From a virus (taxonomy: Duplodnaviria > Caudoviricetes), in IMG/VR virus record IMGVR_UViG_3300038427_000216, positions 1 through 31,869 of that record: a stretch of 31,869 bases of DNA; one strand, 5' to 3'. The translations under genes were made by a program, and so were the position numbers. The notes beneath the pieces are model-generated. The model saw nothing but the letters and a program-made list of their open reading frames with translations, made no database searches and was not told where the DNA came from. Position 1 is the first letter of the stretch, and each line of letters starts with the position of its first letter. This document shows, one piece after another, positions 1 to 9,740 of this stretch.

Positions 1-428
1 GCCGCATTGACGTTGAAAATGCCGTAATCCGCTGGGTTGCTCATCGGCAGGCGGCTGACGCTGCGCGCGCCGGTTAGAATCTCCTGCAGGATCGCAGTTG
101 ACCAGTTGTCAGCTAGCAGTGTGACCGTGATCCCGTCGTCGGTCGCGGCCGCGTCGCAGTCAACAAACACGTCCTCTAGTTGCTTGGCCGCCCGGAAATC
201 GCCGAACGTCGAAGCATTCCCGCGCACCTGGCACTCAATCGGCCCGCCGGTATCGGCCGCCAAATCGGCAAACTGTTGGATCGTCCCGTCCGCGCAGCCC
301 ACCAGGGTCACAATGCTGTCTCGGTCTTCGCTCTGCTGGTGCAGCGTCACCGCGGGGGTGTAGAGATCGGCCCACCAGCCGGGGTTCAGCAGGTTAATGG
401 CCAGCGTGCGCGGATACGTGGTACTCAT
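1..428 (-). CDS. Tail/virion structural protein, runs off the window (MSTTYPRTLAINLLNPGWWADLYTPAVTLHQQSE...); probably the C-terminal half of a split tail nozzle-like protein
   Basis: Not in the ORF track; translated by hand. ATG at 428 overlaps the stop of 425..652 (ATGA), SD GAGGTGA upstream, frame open to position 1. Confidence 0.75.
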   Translation of the reverse strand, partial: MSTTYPRTLAINLLNPGWWADLYTPAVTLHQQSEDRDSIVTLVGCADGTIQQFADLAADTGGPIECQVRGNASTFGDFRAAKQLEDVFVDCDAAATDDGITVTLLADNWSTAILQEILTGARSVSRLPMSNPADYGIFNVNA

Positions 429-652
429 TTCTCACCTCGCCGGGGAGTCAGAAGCACGCGCTTGTCCAACGCTGCCGCTCTCTTCGCACACCCGCCGCAG
501 GGCGAGATCCCCACGCTCTTAGTCACCCGAGCCACCGCAGTCCCCAGCCCCACTGGAGCTTTGAGACCAGGGATTCGCAATCGGATCTGGATGTGCTGGT
601 TGACTTGTTCCATAAGTCTATCCCGAACAAGGAGCAGCCTGGAAAGTGACAA
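425..652 (-). CDS. Small phage protein with GLGxxVAxVTKxxGIxPCGGC motif (alternative start ATG 613)
   Basis: ORF track; CxxC motif; translationally coupled to the next gene. Confidence 0.65.
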   Translation of the reverse strand: MSLSRLLLVRDRLMEQVNQHIQIRLRIPGLKAPVGLGTAVARVTKSVGISPCGGCAKRAAALDKRVLLTPRRGEK

Positions 653-3600
653 TCATTGCCGTTTGGTAATTTACTAAACCCCACGGTTGCCCCCCGTAAT
701 ACGCTGTGGCCTCATAGCCTCCTACCGTATTGATATTTGCGTAAGCCACGTCCATGCCACGCTCTATCTCTTCAACGCCTTCACTGGTTTCACCATACGT
801 GATGGTTCCAGTCATGTCTGTCATGGCAGGGCTAACAGGGCCAGTCAAAACCCAATTTTGCACAAATTGGTTAAAGGAAGAGGCCCCCCAGTAAGGTGCG
901 CCTGGAAGTGAAATGCCTGCTATTGCAATTACCAATTCGTTTGCTGCTGTTGTAGTGACCACCCCGGTTTCGGCATAGAAAGGCCCTCCGGTGTACATTT
1001 CGTTGTCTGTTCTATACGCAATCTGGTCTATCCCGTTCAGGCCGGCCCATTCCATTACTACAAAAGCAACAGATCCCAACTCCGATTGCATGTTGATCGT
1101 AACTGATTGCGGCTCGGCAACTCCAGCTACTTTGTAATAAACATTGCCCTTGAAACTTCCACCTTCTGTCTGTTGACCAGTTCCTAGCGCGTTTATCCAC
1201 CCGAGACCATCGAGATTTGTTGAATCGAAATTGGCGCCTACGTTGTTCATGATGGCGAGCACCAGCATGTTCCCTACCGTCGGGACTGCCCCGAGGGTAG
1301 CCGTACCAGACGCCCCTCTGAACCCCGTCCCAACGGCGTATTGAGTCAGTGTCGCGCCCACCGTACAACAATTCGCCGTCAATGTCGCGTTTTCAGCGGG
1401 CATTGTGAACGTCGTTGAAGAGTCTGTCGGGCTGCTAATGCCGGACGTGTAATCTCCTGCCGCAGTCCACTCGGAGAAGGGCGGTGTGCACGTGGCCACA
1501 ATTGGGACAACGGCCCCTTCCGCGTATGTGCCGCTACCCGTCCCGTTAATCACGGTCAAGGTGTAGGTGTTTCCAGGTGGCGGAGGAGGAGCTGGAGGTG
1601 GCGGAGATGGCGGAGACGGCGGAGATGGGATCGGCGGAGATGGCAGCTTTGAAGTCTGATAATCGAAGTATAGCCAGCCATTCTTGCAGTAGCACAGCCG
1701 CGGCGCCGGGTAAAGCATTGGCGGCTCGTAGCCGTTGACAGTCACGCCCGGCTGCCCCTCGTGCGGCAGGAATGGGTACAGATCGTCGCCCGACAGACTC
1801 TTGGCCGGCCCCAAGTCGGTGGCCATGATGCCGTTGCGCGACAGGAAGAAGATCAGCGGGCCGGTATCGAAGCACCACGGCACCAGCAGCCCGGCCCCGA
1901 CGCTGGTTTCAGCAAACGAGTAGGGATTGGCCGCGTTCCCAGTCGTAGTCCCGGCGAAAAAGCGATTCGCAGTCATGGCCACGACGTAGCCGTTCCAGGT
2001 GCAAATACCCATGCCCGGCTCGGCGCTGCTGGTCAGGTCGATGAAGTTAGAGGTGTTGGCCGTCTCCGGGTTGGTGCGGTTTGTGAAATACACCCGCCCT
2101 GGGTTGATCGGGTCGCCCCAAGCAAAGAAGGTTTCGTCATACGGCCCCGTCAGGTAGGGCAGCGGATTGCCGTAAGTAGTTGGGCTGTTGATCTGGAACG
2201 GAACTCCAGTTGCCGTGTCGATGTTGTCCTCTACCTGGAACGTGTTCGCGCCCGGCGCCCCGCGAATCACCGTCGCCACGCCGTTGATGAGCACTTCAGT
2301 CCCGATGCACAGATTGGCAGGGATCGCCACCGAAGTGCTGAAAACGGTTGTGCCGACGACCGAGCAGGTGCCGGTGATCGGGTTCTGCTGCACCGGCCAG
2401 GGCTGGAAGTCCACTTGCTCGATCTGGTCGCCCAGTTGCGCGTCGGCGTAGTTGTCGGCGTAACTCCAGGTAGTCCCGGTATTGGGGATCGATGTGGCAT
2501 ACACCGGCGTGCCGTTGACGCTGGCTCCGACTCGCGCGATGTCTACCGTATCCACCTGCAGGTCCGTGCTACACGCCCCCGTCACTACCACCGGCATCCG
2601 CTCGGGGAACAGGCCACCTCGGTTGAGCGGACTCCAGGTACTCTGTGCGCCGGTGATAGTGGAGCGATAGCGGTAGCAATACTTGATCGGGTTGTCGGGA
2701 TAGATCGATCCGGGGCAATTGGGGCCGTAGGTGCCGCCAATCCACCACGAATCGGCCGACATATTCACTGCCGCGCTGCAGGTCACTTCAACGCGAATAG
2801 CGGCGATGTTGGCCAGGGTGCGCGTCACGTCGGTGCCGACACGATTAGCCAGCAGCGTGGAAATCGGGATGAAGACTTCGCTCCATGCGCCGGAGCCGGT
2901 GGCTAGTTGCGTGCCGCCGGAGATGCCGCCCGCTGCCGCAATCTGGGCCTGCAGAGAAGCGATCTGCTGTGTGAGTTGGGTTGTCGGTAGACCTTCGGCG
3001 GCCATTTGTGCTTGCGCTAGCTGAATCTGTTGTACCGCCGAAGTCATCTGCGCCAGTTGCGCCGAAGTCACCTGCTGCGTCAGGGCGCCTTGCTGCGCCG
3101 CCAGCAGGCTTTGTGAGCCGGTCGAAGCCGCTTGCAGCACATTGGAAGTGATTTCCGCCCAGTAGTAGTTGTGCAGGAAGTCGTTGCTGACCCCATCCAC
3201 GTCCAGCAAGATTCGCACCATCAGCAGATTCCCCGGCGTGTCGAAAGCCAAGCTGATGTGCATCCAATCGTCGGCGGTGATAGGGCGGTTGTTGATTTGC
3301 GACAGGTCCAAGGCGATGGTTTCGCTGATCGTGCCCACTTCGTTGGTGCTGCTGGTGGGCGTGAACAGCGCCGTAACGCAGCCGCCGGTGACGCTTTCCG
3401 CCGCGAGGTGGTTGGCTGTCAGGTACATCCGTGCGCTATCGTAAAACGCTACTGCTTCCGCCGCAGCGTGCGCGCCGGATGTCGAGCAGCGGAAACTGAC
3501 GGCGTTATCTTCGCCCAAGGCTACAGAAAGCACCCGCACGAACTCGCTGCCCATCTGCACCAGCGAATCGCGGTCGAGCAGCGCGGTATTCGAGGTCAGC

Positions 3601-4364
3601 ACGACGCAGCACGCGCCAGTCGTGCCCGAATCGTACTGGATAGCGGCAATCGTGGTGGCGTTGGTCGCGGCGGCCGGGATCATGTCGCTGATGACCGCCA
3701 CCTCGGTGCCGATGCCGATCAGCGCACCCTTGGTCAACCAGTCCGTGGTGAGCGAACTGAAGGCCACACAAGCCCAGCCGGTGGTGCTGGAGTCGTACAG
3801 CACGGCGGCGGTAGTGGTCCCGGTCGGCACGCGCAAGGCGTCGGCGGGCGTTCCCGCAATCTCGCCCGCAGTCCATTCGGCAGCGGAATCGAAGTTATCC
3901 ACCACTGAGTACAGTGGCGACCCCAGTTCGGCATCCGGCGGGCTGCCCGGCGGCGGCGTGCCCACGGCGAAACGCGTCCTATCGGCAGCTCGCACTTTGC
4001 TATAGCGCGCGCTGTCCGCCACGTACAAGAACGGTTGCACCGCCGCCAGCGGTTGGTAGGAAGCAAAAGTCAGCGGATTGCCGCTGTAGCCCGTGTCTGC
4101 CAGGACATTGCCCAGATACAGGTTGTAGCCCGCGCCGGAGAAAGTGTAGTTCACTCCGTTTGCGTTGAAGCCTCGCAGGCTGTGGATGGGATACGAGGAA
4201 GGGGCCAAGAACGGGGCGATGGCGGGTCGGATGCCCAGCGCTCCGTCTTGCGTCGGACGCACGTTGGTGCCGATGGCCAAGCGGTCGTCTGGCACGGCAT
4301 CTATAGGGCAGTTGAGCTTGATGCCCTTCTGGGTGAAACGGCTTTGCTGACGCTTGTAGTCCAT
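618..4364 (-). CDS. Large tail protein (nozzle/stabilisation-like N-terminal ~905 aa) fused via a Pro-rich linker to an InlB B-repeat-like domain and a beta-rich adhesin-like domain
   Basis: 1248 aa, Thr/Gly/Ser beta-rich, directly after the adaptor genes. Linker PSPPIPSPPSPPSPPPPAPPPPP; YTLTVINGTGSGTY...TFTMPAENATLTA matches the divergent InlB B-repeat pattern. Confidence 0.75.
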   Translation of the reverse strand: MDYKRQQSRFTQKGIKLNCPIDAVPDDRLAIGTNVRPTQDGALGIRPAIAPFLAPSSYPIHSLRGFNANGVNYTFSGAGYNLYLGNVLADTGYSGNPLTFASYQPLAAVQPFLYVADSARYSKVRAADRTRFAVGTPPPGSPPDAELGSPLYSVVDNFDSAAEWTAGEIAGTPADALRVPTGTTTAAVLYDSSTTGWACVAFSSLTTDWLTKGALIGIGTEVAVISDMIPAAATNATTIAAIQYDSGTTGACCVVLTSNTALLDRDSLVQMGSEFVRVLSVALGEDNAVSFRCSTSGAHAAAEAVAFYDSARMYLTANHLAAESVTGGCVTALFTPTSSTNEVGTISETIALDLSQINNRPITADDWMHISLAFDTPGNLLMVRILLDVDGVSNDFLHNYYWAEITSNVLQAASTGSQSLLAAQQGALTQQVTSAQLAQMTSAVQQIQLAQAQMAAEGLPTTQLTQQIASLQAQIAAAGGISGGTQLATGSGAWSEVFIPISTLLANRVGTDVTRTLANIAAIRVEVTCSAAVNMSADSWWIGGTYGPNCPGSIYPDNPIKYCYRYRSTITGAQSTWSPLNRGGLFPERMPVVVTGACSTDLQVDTVDIARVGASVNGTPVYATSIPNTGTTWSYADNYADAQLGDQIEQVDFQPWPVQQNPITGTCSVVGTTVFSTSVAIPANLCIGTEVLINGVATVIRGAPGANTFQVEDNIDTATGVPFQINSPTTYGNPLPYLTGPYDETFFAWGDPINPGRVYFTNRTNPETANTSNFIDLTSSAEPGMGICTWNGYVVAMTANRFFAGTTTGNAANPYSFAETSVGAGLLVPWCFDTGPLIFFLSRNGIMATDLGPAKSLSGDDLYPFLPHEGQPGVTVNGYEPPMLYPAPRLCYCKNGWLYFDYQTSKLPSPPIPSPPSPPSPPPPAPPPPPGNTYTLTVINGTGSGTYAEGAVVPIVATCTPPFSEWTAAGDYTSGISSPTDSSTTFTMPAENATLTANCCTVGATLTQYAVGTGFRGASGTATLGAVPTVGNMLVLAIMNNVGANFDSTNLDGLGWINALGTGQQTEGGSFKGNVYYKVAGVAEPQSVTINMQSELGSVAFVVMEWAGLNGIDQIAYRTDNEMYTGGPFYAETGVVTTTAANELVIAIAGISLPGAPYWGASSFNQFVQNWVLTGPVSPAMTDMTGTITYGETSEGVEEIERGMDVAYANINTVGGYEATAYYGGQPWGLVNYQTAMIVTFQAAPCSG
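1575..1645 (-). repeat. Imperfect 9-bp tandem repeat (GGCGGAGAT on + strand) encoding the Pro/Ser linker
   Basis: ggtggcggagatggcggagacggcggagatgggatcggcggagatggc read directly. Confidence 0.85.
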
Positions 4365-5716
4365 CAGGCCGTCTCCTCCGCCGGGGCCAGTTCATACGGT
4401 GTCTGCTGGTTTTCGAGCATCGTGACGGCCCGCAGGTTCTTCCAGTTGATGGCTTCGGCGCGCTCGCGCGAGGCATACGACTCGGCCACTTCCAGGAAGG
4501 AGCGGTACATCCCCATCGTGCCTTCAAACTCCGGGCCGGCCAGTTTGAAGCAAGCGGCGTGCTGGGCATTGTCGAGCAGCGCCGTCACAATATCGTTGGC
4601 CACAGCGAAACTGGTAGTACTGGGAGCCACACTGGCTGGCGAATTGCCAATACAATCCAGCGCTATTTCGTACACCTCGTCCGGAAGCGGCACCACTGCC
4701 ACCAGATTGCGACCTCCGAGCGCGATAGTCTGCGGCGAGCCGGGGGTTAGATTGCGCCAGCCAGGCTGCCAGTGGTCGAGATTGAACAACGTCGAGGGCA
4801 ACTGCTGCAATCCCAGCGGCCACGCCTGCAGCACGCACGGGAAACTTTTCAGCACACCCAAGGCCGAATGGAAACGCTGCTGCGCGTAATCGGCGCGGCG
4901 GTAATCGCGCGACTGAGCATCCTGCCGCAACACCGCCGCCAGCACTCCCCAAGTCAAGGCCCAAGTGGAATCGTCGGGCAACGCCAGTGTGACCGGGGTT
5001 CCCGCACTGTAGGCATAGCCCTGCGAGACAGTCAGCAGAAGCGACAGCGCGCCTTCGGCCAGCGGCGGCGGGATGAACTGCAACTGCAGCGGCGGGGTCA
5101 CATCCAGCGCGTAAGCCTGCGGCGTAGTGGGGTTCTGTTGCCAGTTGTTCGACCAGCCGTAGCCGCTGATGTCGTCGCTGCGGTCGAGTAGGCTCCACAG
5201 GCCGGATGCGGCATCCTGCCACTCAGCGCGGTGGATCTGGATTGTGGCCGGATTCAGTAGCACGCGCCCTTGCGGCGGCGGCGGGCCGGGCAGCGTCTCC
5301 TCGTCGGCCACCATCAGCCGCGTCTCACCCAGGATGCGGTCTGTCTGCTCGCCCAGGGCGGCGGCCACGGCGTCAATGCTGAACTGGCCTGTGTTGATGT
5401 AGTCCCCGGACCCCGCGTATTCCAAGAGGTGATAGCCCACCTGGGCCAGAATGTCAGTGTCAAGAACCGAATTCTGGATTGCCGGGGAGGCAATGGCCGA
5501 TAGATCGTAGAAAGGAGTGCCGGCCACGGTGGTGAGTATTAAACGCTCCCGCCAGTATCCGGTGAGCACCTGGAACTCCCGAATGGCGCTGCGAACAAGA
5601 TAGTCCAATTCGTTCTGGACCCAGTAATCCTTCGCCGACAGATTGATCCCCAGGCGCTGCGCGAGCAGCGTCGTCAGCGATGCGATACTGACTGGGATCG
5701 TTGACGGTATCGCCAT
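4364..5716 (-). CDS. Head-tail adaptor/connector-like structural protein
   Basis: 450 aa; position between capsid and tail genes; adaptor-style motifs (YW..NELDYLV..AIREF, TVAGTPFYDL, PQAYALD..LQFIPPP). Confidence 0.6.
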   Translation of the reverse strand: MAIPSTIPVSIASLTTLLAQRLGINLSAKDYWVQNELDYLVRSAIREFQVLTGYWRERLILTTVAGTPFYDLSAIASPAIQNSVLDTDILAQVGYHLLEYAGSGDYINTGQFSIDAVAAALGEQTDRILGETRLMVADEETLPGPPPPQGRVLLNPATIQIHRAEWQDAASGLWSLLDRSDDISGYGWSNNWQQNPTTPQAYALDVTPPLQLQFIPPPLAEGALSLLLTVSQGYAYSAGTPVTLALPDDSTWALTWGVLAAVLRQDAQSRDYRRADYAQQRFHSALGVLKSFPCVLQAWPLGLQQLPSTLFNLDHWQPGWRNLTPGSPQTIALGGRNLVAVVPLPDEVYEIALDCIGNSPASVAPSTTSFAVANDIVTALLDNAQHAACFKLAGPEFEGTMGMYRSFLEVAESYASRERAEAINWKNLRAVTMLENQQTPYELAPAEETA

Positions 5717-5719
5717 TTC

Positions 5720-5914
5720 TCATCGCTTCGAAGACCGCTTAACCGACTTCTTCTTACCGCGGCGCTTGACCACCGAATTGGCTGCGCGGATGGCTTGTCC
5801 CTCCGAATAGCCCCGTTCCAACATGCTATTGGAGACGTGCGCCCACTGGCGTTTGCTTTTGGCAGACTTCGCCTTCCGCGTGTGCCGCCGCGCTGATTTT
5901 GCCGTCCACGGCAT
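5720..5914 (-). CDS. Small very basic phage protein (MPWTAKSARRHTRKAKS...KRQWAHV)
   Basis: 64 aa, K/R-rich, tightly packed in the structural operon. Confidence 0.8.
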   Translation of the reverse strand: MPWTAKSARRHTRKAKSAKSKRQWAHVSNSMLERGYSEGQAIRAANSVVKRRGKKKSVKRSSKR

Positions 5915-5917
5915 ACC

Positions 5918-6181
5918 CTACGCCTTTATGCTGGTGCCGGTCGGGAAAGCGCCCTTGCGACCCTCTATCGACTGCACGTCTTCGGTCACTTGAAAAGTCA
6001 CCGGGCCAGCCGGCGCCGGAATCGTTTTGACCGGCTCGGGCCGCTGCTGCATCGGTGTCATCAGTTCCGAACCGGACGGTGCACCCAGCGCCACGCCGTC
6101 CTTGATACCGGGGTGCTCGCCGCCCTTGCCACCATCGGCGTAAGGCCGCGAACCCATCGGAGAACTCAGATCATTTGCCAT
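5918..6181 (-). CDS. Small disordered virion-associated protein
   Basis: Start set at ATG 6181 after SD AAAGGAG; Pro/Gly-rich with an internal repeat LSSPMGSRP / LMTPMQQRP. Confidence 0.7.
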   Translation of the reverse strand: MANDLSSPMGSRPYADGGKGGEHPGIKDGVALGAPSGSELMTPMQQRPEPVKTIPAPAGPVTFQVTEDVQSIEGRKGAFPTGTSIKA

Positions 6182-6197
6182 ATTGGCTCCTTTCAAC

Positions 6198-6461
6198 TCA
6201 TCTTACGCTAGGATGTGCCTCTCTCCACGCGGTATCTTCCCTGTCGTGCTCTTCGAGCTTGCCTCGTATATGGGCTTGGTCCTGAAGAACTTGAATTTGA
6301 GTCGCCCGGATGCTCTCCACTTGAACCTGTAACGAGAGAAGGGCATTCGCATTCAAGTCAATCTTGGTGTTTAGAGATCCCCAACTTAGCGAGATTGCCG
6401 CGATGAGCATGACAATCGTGATGATGTGTCCCGCGTCGATTTTCCATTCAATTTGAGGCAT
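6198..6461 (-). CDS. Small membrane protein (one TM helix plus coiled coil), holin-like candidate
   Basis: Hydrophobic IITIVMLIAAISLSW followed by a heptad segment; locally AT-richer than neighbours. Confidence 0.65.
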   Translation of the reverse strand: MPQIEWKIDAGHIITIVMLIAAISLSWGSLNTKIDLNANALLSLQVQVESIRATQIQVLQDQAHIRGKLEEHDREDTAWREAHPSVR

Positions 6462-6463
6462 AT

Positions 6464-7453
6464 TTAAGTCCAGTAAAGAACGTGGCTTTGTAGGTAGTCG
6501 GCGTCAATCGGACCAGACAGATCCGGCCCGTGGCTCTCGTCGATCACCTTGCTGTCGAAAATCGCGTTGTCATTCTGCTGATCCCCTCGCAGCAGATCCA
6601 CAAACTGTGCTTCCACCGTCCGCATTTTCTGGAGATGAAAGGCCTTCACCTTAATGTCCACATTCGGCTGATTGGCCACCAGGTCGTGCGCGTAGTATCT
6701 GGCGCGAGCCAGGATCGTCGCATCGCTGATCTGCTGCGGCAGCACGGCCGTAGGGGTCGCCGCCAAGTCGCCGTTAGTCATGTACTCCAGGATGTAGCCC
6801 AGGGCCTGCACCGGATGGCCTAGCCCCAACTCGAATCGCGGTCGCTGCTGCGTGTCGTTGGGGACGGTCACATAGTCCTTGCCCACTACCCACGTCGGCC
6901 AGCCGTAAGAAGTGCGCTGCGGGTCGCGCAGATCAAGTTCCTTCTGTGTGCGAAACATATTCTCGTAGCGGAAACGGTAGCCCGAGATAGGGTCCACAAT
7001 CGACATCCAACGCTTGAAGTCGATGGCCGGCGCGGGCATGTAGGGCTGGTAGATCATGTACGATCCCCCGGCGCCGCCCGTCTCCGCATAGGGCCGGTCC
7101 AAGGTGATTGTGCTCGCGCCGTCGTAGACGATGATGTTGTAGATCGGTCCGCCGGTCACGCGGAATTGGCGCAGCGTGATCGGGCTTTGCGGAGCGGCGG
7201 GCAGCGCAATCGCCAGCCACAGCGCGGAGGCGGTGGCGTCGCCGACTACGGATGCAGAGAATTGGGTCGTGGTCACGTGCCCGCCATTGATTGGCGAGGG
7301 GGTGAACCACGACCCGTTGCCCTTGTTGAACGACCAGTCGCGCGAGTCGCGGATATCCTTGTAGGCCCGCTGGACAAGCGGCAGGCAAGCCAGCGGGTCA
7401 AGATCGGAGTGCCAGGACTTCAACTCCGCCGCAAGTTGCGCGAGTGTGCTCAC
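6464..7453 (-). CDS. Head-tail adaptor-like structural protein
   Basis: 329 aa; N-terminal helical T-L-x-Q-L...VQRAYKDI...DWSF pattern typical of podovirus adaptor proteins; position after the capsid genes. Confidence 0.62.
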   Translation of the reverse strand: MSTLAQLAAELKSWHSDLDPLACLPLVQRAYKDIRDSRDWSFNKGNGSWFTPSPINGGHVTTTQFSASVVGDATASALWLAIALPAAPQSPITLRQFRVTGGPIYNIIVYDGASTITLDRPYAETGGAGGSYMIYQPYMPAPAIDFKRWMSIVDPISGYRFRYENMFRTQKELDLRDPQRTSYGWPTWVVGKDYVTVPNDTQQRPRFELGLGHPVQALGYILEYMTNGDLAATPTAVLPQQISDATILARARYYAHDLVANQPNVDIKVKAFHLQKMRTVEAQFVDLLRGDQQNDNAIFDSKVIDESHGPDLSGPIDADYLQSHVLYWT

Positions 7454-7459
7454 GGCGTC

Positions 7460-7843
7460 TCACCCCGTGAGTGTGTTGATCCACAGTTTGACGTATTCGC
7501 CGCTGAGGTCGGTGCCCGTGACGGCTTCTGTGTAAGCGGTCTGCGACTGGCCGCCAGCAGTGCCGGTGACTAGCGCAATCCACTTCAGGACGTACTTAGC
7601 TTCGGAAACGCGGATCGGCAGCACCAGGTAGTTGCCCGTCCACGACACGGCAACCTCGATGCTGACGATCATGTTGACGCCGATAGTTGCCGCGGCTAGT
7701 GGGTCTCCGTTGGAGACGTTGCCGCCGGAAGCTACTGGCGTTGTCCCGACCCGCGTGTAACTCGACGGGCCGGTCCAAAGTCCTCGGCAATACGGTTCAT
7801 TGCCGGACGGGGCAAGGGCGCGGGGAAAGGAAGAAAACGCCAT
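7460..7843 (-). CDS. Small structural protein (capsid accessory)
   Basis: 127 aa, beta-rich, SD AGGAGG upstream. Confidence 0.65.
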   Translation of the reverse strand: MAFSSFPRALAPSGNEPYCRGLWTGPSSYTRVGTTPVASGGNVSNGDPLAAATIGVNMIVSIEVAVSWTGNYLVLPIRVSEAKYVLKWIALVTGTAGGQSQTAYTEAVTGTDLSGEYVKLWINTLTG

Positions 7844-7853
7844 ACGTCCCTCC

Positions 7854-8474
7854 TTACACCACGTCGGGGATGCCGCGCAGCAGCACCAGGGTTGTGCCGC
7901 CGGTCGTCGGAGCGCCGAGCGCCACGCCGATCAGGGCCTTGAGAATGGTCGTAGTGACCGTCACGCCGTCGTTGGCGTTGAGCGCCAATCCCGAAGAGGC
8001 GTCCAGATACACCAGATCGCCGTCCACCGGGGTGCCGGTGAGCGTGGTGAACTTCACTTTCACTTTCCCCTTGGTCTGAATCCAGCCGTAGTACCCGGCT
8101 GTGATGACGTTCAGGAAGATGCCCGCAATGCGGCCCGTGCGCAGCGCCGAGTTGCCGTCCGTGGTGACAGTGTAGTTTTCGAAACAGGTCGTGAGCTGAT
8201 CGTAGGCCCACACCGCCGGCCGGCCAACCGTCACTGCGGCCGAAGCGCTGGCGTACAGCCGCACGTACTGGAAGCAGCCGCCGTACAGCGTGCCAACCGC
8301 CGTGTCGTAGCGCACGCCGCCGGCATTGCCGTCCAGCCACACGCGCGCACCGAGTTGCGCGGCGTATGTCGCTGCACCGCTGATAGAAGCCTGGCCGCCG
8401 GCTACCGCGTCGTTGATGTCGTTCAGCGCCGGGTAGGTGGTCCTGGAAATCGCTTGAGAAGGCCCATTGGGCAT
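7854..8474 (-). CDS. Capsid decoration/cement-like protein
   Basis: 206 aa immediately after the major capsid gene; YGWIQTKG and GDLVY motifs; SD AAAGGAG. Confidence 0.62.
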   Translation of the reverse strand: MPNGPSQAISRTTYPALNDINDAVAGGQASISGAATYAAQLGARVWLDGNAGGVRYDTAVGTLYGGCFQYVRLYASASAAVTVGRPAVWAYDQLTTCFENYTVTTDGNSALRTGRIAGIFLNVITAGYYGWIQTKGKVKVKFTTLTGTPVDGDLVYLDASSGLALNANDGVTVTTTILKALIGVALGAPTTGGTTLVLLRGIPDVV

Positions 8475-8521
8475 GTTGAGTTTACTCCTTTTCTTTCTGA
8501 GGAGGCGCCTCAGCTAAGTCC

Positions 8522-9682
8522 TTACGCAGCAATCCCGTAGAACTGCTTTTGATGCCGCGGGCTGGTGCAAACCAGATTCAGCGCGGCATGGGTGCGCGCA
8601 ACCACCTTGGTGGAATCCTGCGCCGGGTAGAAGCCCCACAGCCCGAACTGATAGCGCGGGCTGGCCGACAGCCGGAGCTGCCACTTGCGGGTATTGAACC
8701 AGCAGAAAACCTCGCCTACCGTGGCCACCGCAGTCGCCACCGGCAGGTTGGAGGCCGTGGCACAGCCGGACGGGACGGTGAAGGTCGAGGTCAGGTAATT
8801 GCCTAGCACCGGGTCGTTGACGCCGTAAACGGACGACGGGAAGTAGTCGTCGGGGAAGATGACCGCATCGTTCATCTTGACTCCGGTGACACCCCAGATG
8901 GCATCCTGCGCCGTGACCAGTTCGCCGCGCTGCAGCGGCTGGATCTTTTCCTTGATATAGGCGAAGGCGCGCTTGGTGGTCACGCCTAGGTCCGGCCGCT
9001 CGCGGCCGATTGAGGCATCCCAATAGCCTTCCTCCAGGACCGAGTACGTGATCGGCCCGCCCTTGGATGTGCCTGCCGCCGCAGTCGTCGAGTCGCCGCA
9101 GTAGCGGGGGATAGAGTTCAGCGTCGAGCCGATGGCGGCGTTGCGCGTCTGGCCGCCGTAGCTGGTGAAGTACGAGCCGTCCCAGCCGGGGGTGGCGCCG
9201 TCGTTCATGGCCTCAATCCAGCCATTGATGTCGTAAGGCCGCGTGCCCACGACGCCGGTGGTGGCGGAAGTCTGGCCATGCAGCGACATCGCAATCGCTA
9301 CTTGCGCGCAGATGGAGTTCATCATGTTCGCCGTGTTGAGGCTCAACAGGCTGAACACGGCGTTTGGCCCGACGTTCATCACGTCGATGTTCTCCATGTA
9401 CTCGGGGTAGATCGACACGTAATACTTCGGGTCGAACCGAGTGCCTGCGATTGTCTGCACCTTGTCCAGGTTGAACTGCGCGCCAATCCCGTAGGAGTTG
9501 GTCAGCAGCGGTGCATACAGGAATGTTTGCTGCATCGTCGAGCCACCGCCAAACGTCGCCAGACAGTGGTCTCGGATGTAAGCGAGAAAAGGTACGTCGT
9601 TGAAAAAATTATCCTGCACAACTGCCGGATAAATCTCATACAACGTAGTTGCGGATAGCTCGTCCAATGCCGGATCAGCCAT
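8522..9682 (-). CDS. Major capsid protein
   Basis: 386 aa, strong codon bias, downstream of the scaffold gene, SD GAGGAAAG; N-terminal ATTL...VQDNFF...PFLAY and PDLGVTT motifs typical of HK97-fold capsids of this type. Confidence 0.85.
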   Translation of the reverse strand: MADPALDELSATTLYEIYPAVVQDNFFNDVPFLAYIRDHCLATFGGGSTMQQTFLYAPLLTNSYGIGAQFNLDKVQTIAGTRFDPKYYVSIYPEYMENIDVMNVGPNAVFSLLSLNTANMMNSICAQVAIAMSLHGQTSATTGVVGTRPYDINGWIEAMNDGATPGWDGSYFTSYGGQTRNAAIGSTLNSIPRYCGDSTTAAAGTSKGGPITYSVLEEGYWDASIGRERPDLGVTTKRAFAYIKEKIQPLQRGELVTAQDAIWGVTGVKMNDAVIFPDDYFPSSVYGVNDPVLGNYLTSTFTVPSGCATASNLPVATAVATVGEVFCWFNTRKWQLRLSASPRYQFGLWGFYPAQDSTKVVARTHAALNLVCTSPRHQKQFYGIAA

Positions 9683-9740
9683 GTTCTTTCCTCATTTAAC
9701 CGTTCTGGCCGGACGGGCTTGCTGGCCTCGCTCGGCGGGT

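Noticed and set aside
618-1650. Diversity-generating retroelement target or invertible tail cassette
   Set aside because: No reverse transcriptase, TR/VR pair, invertase or flanking inverted repeats were seen in the window.
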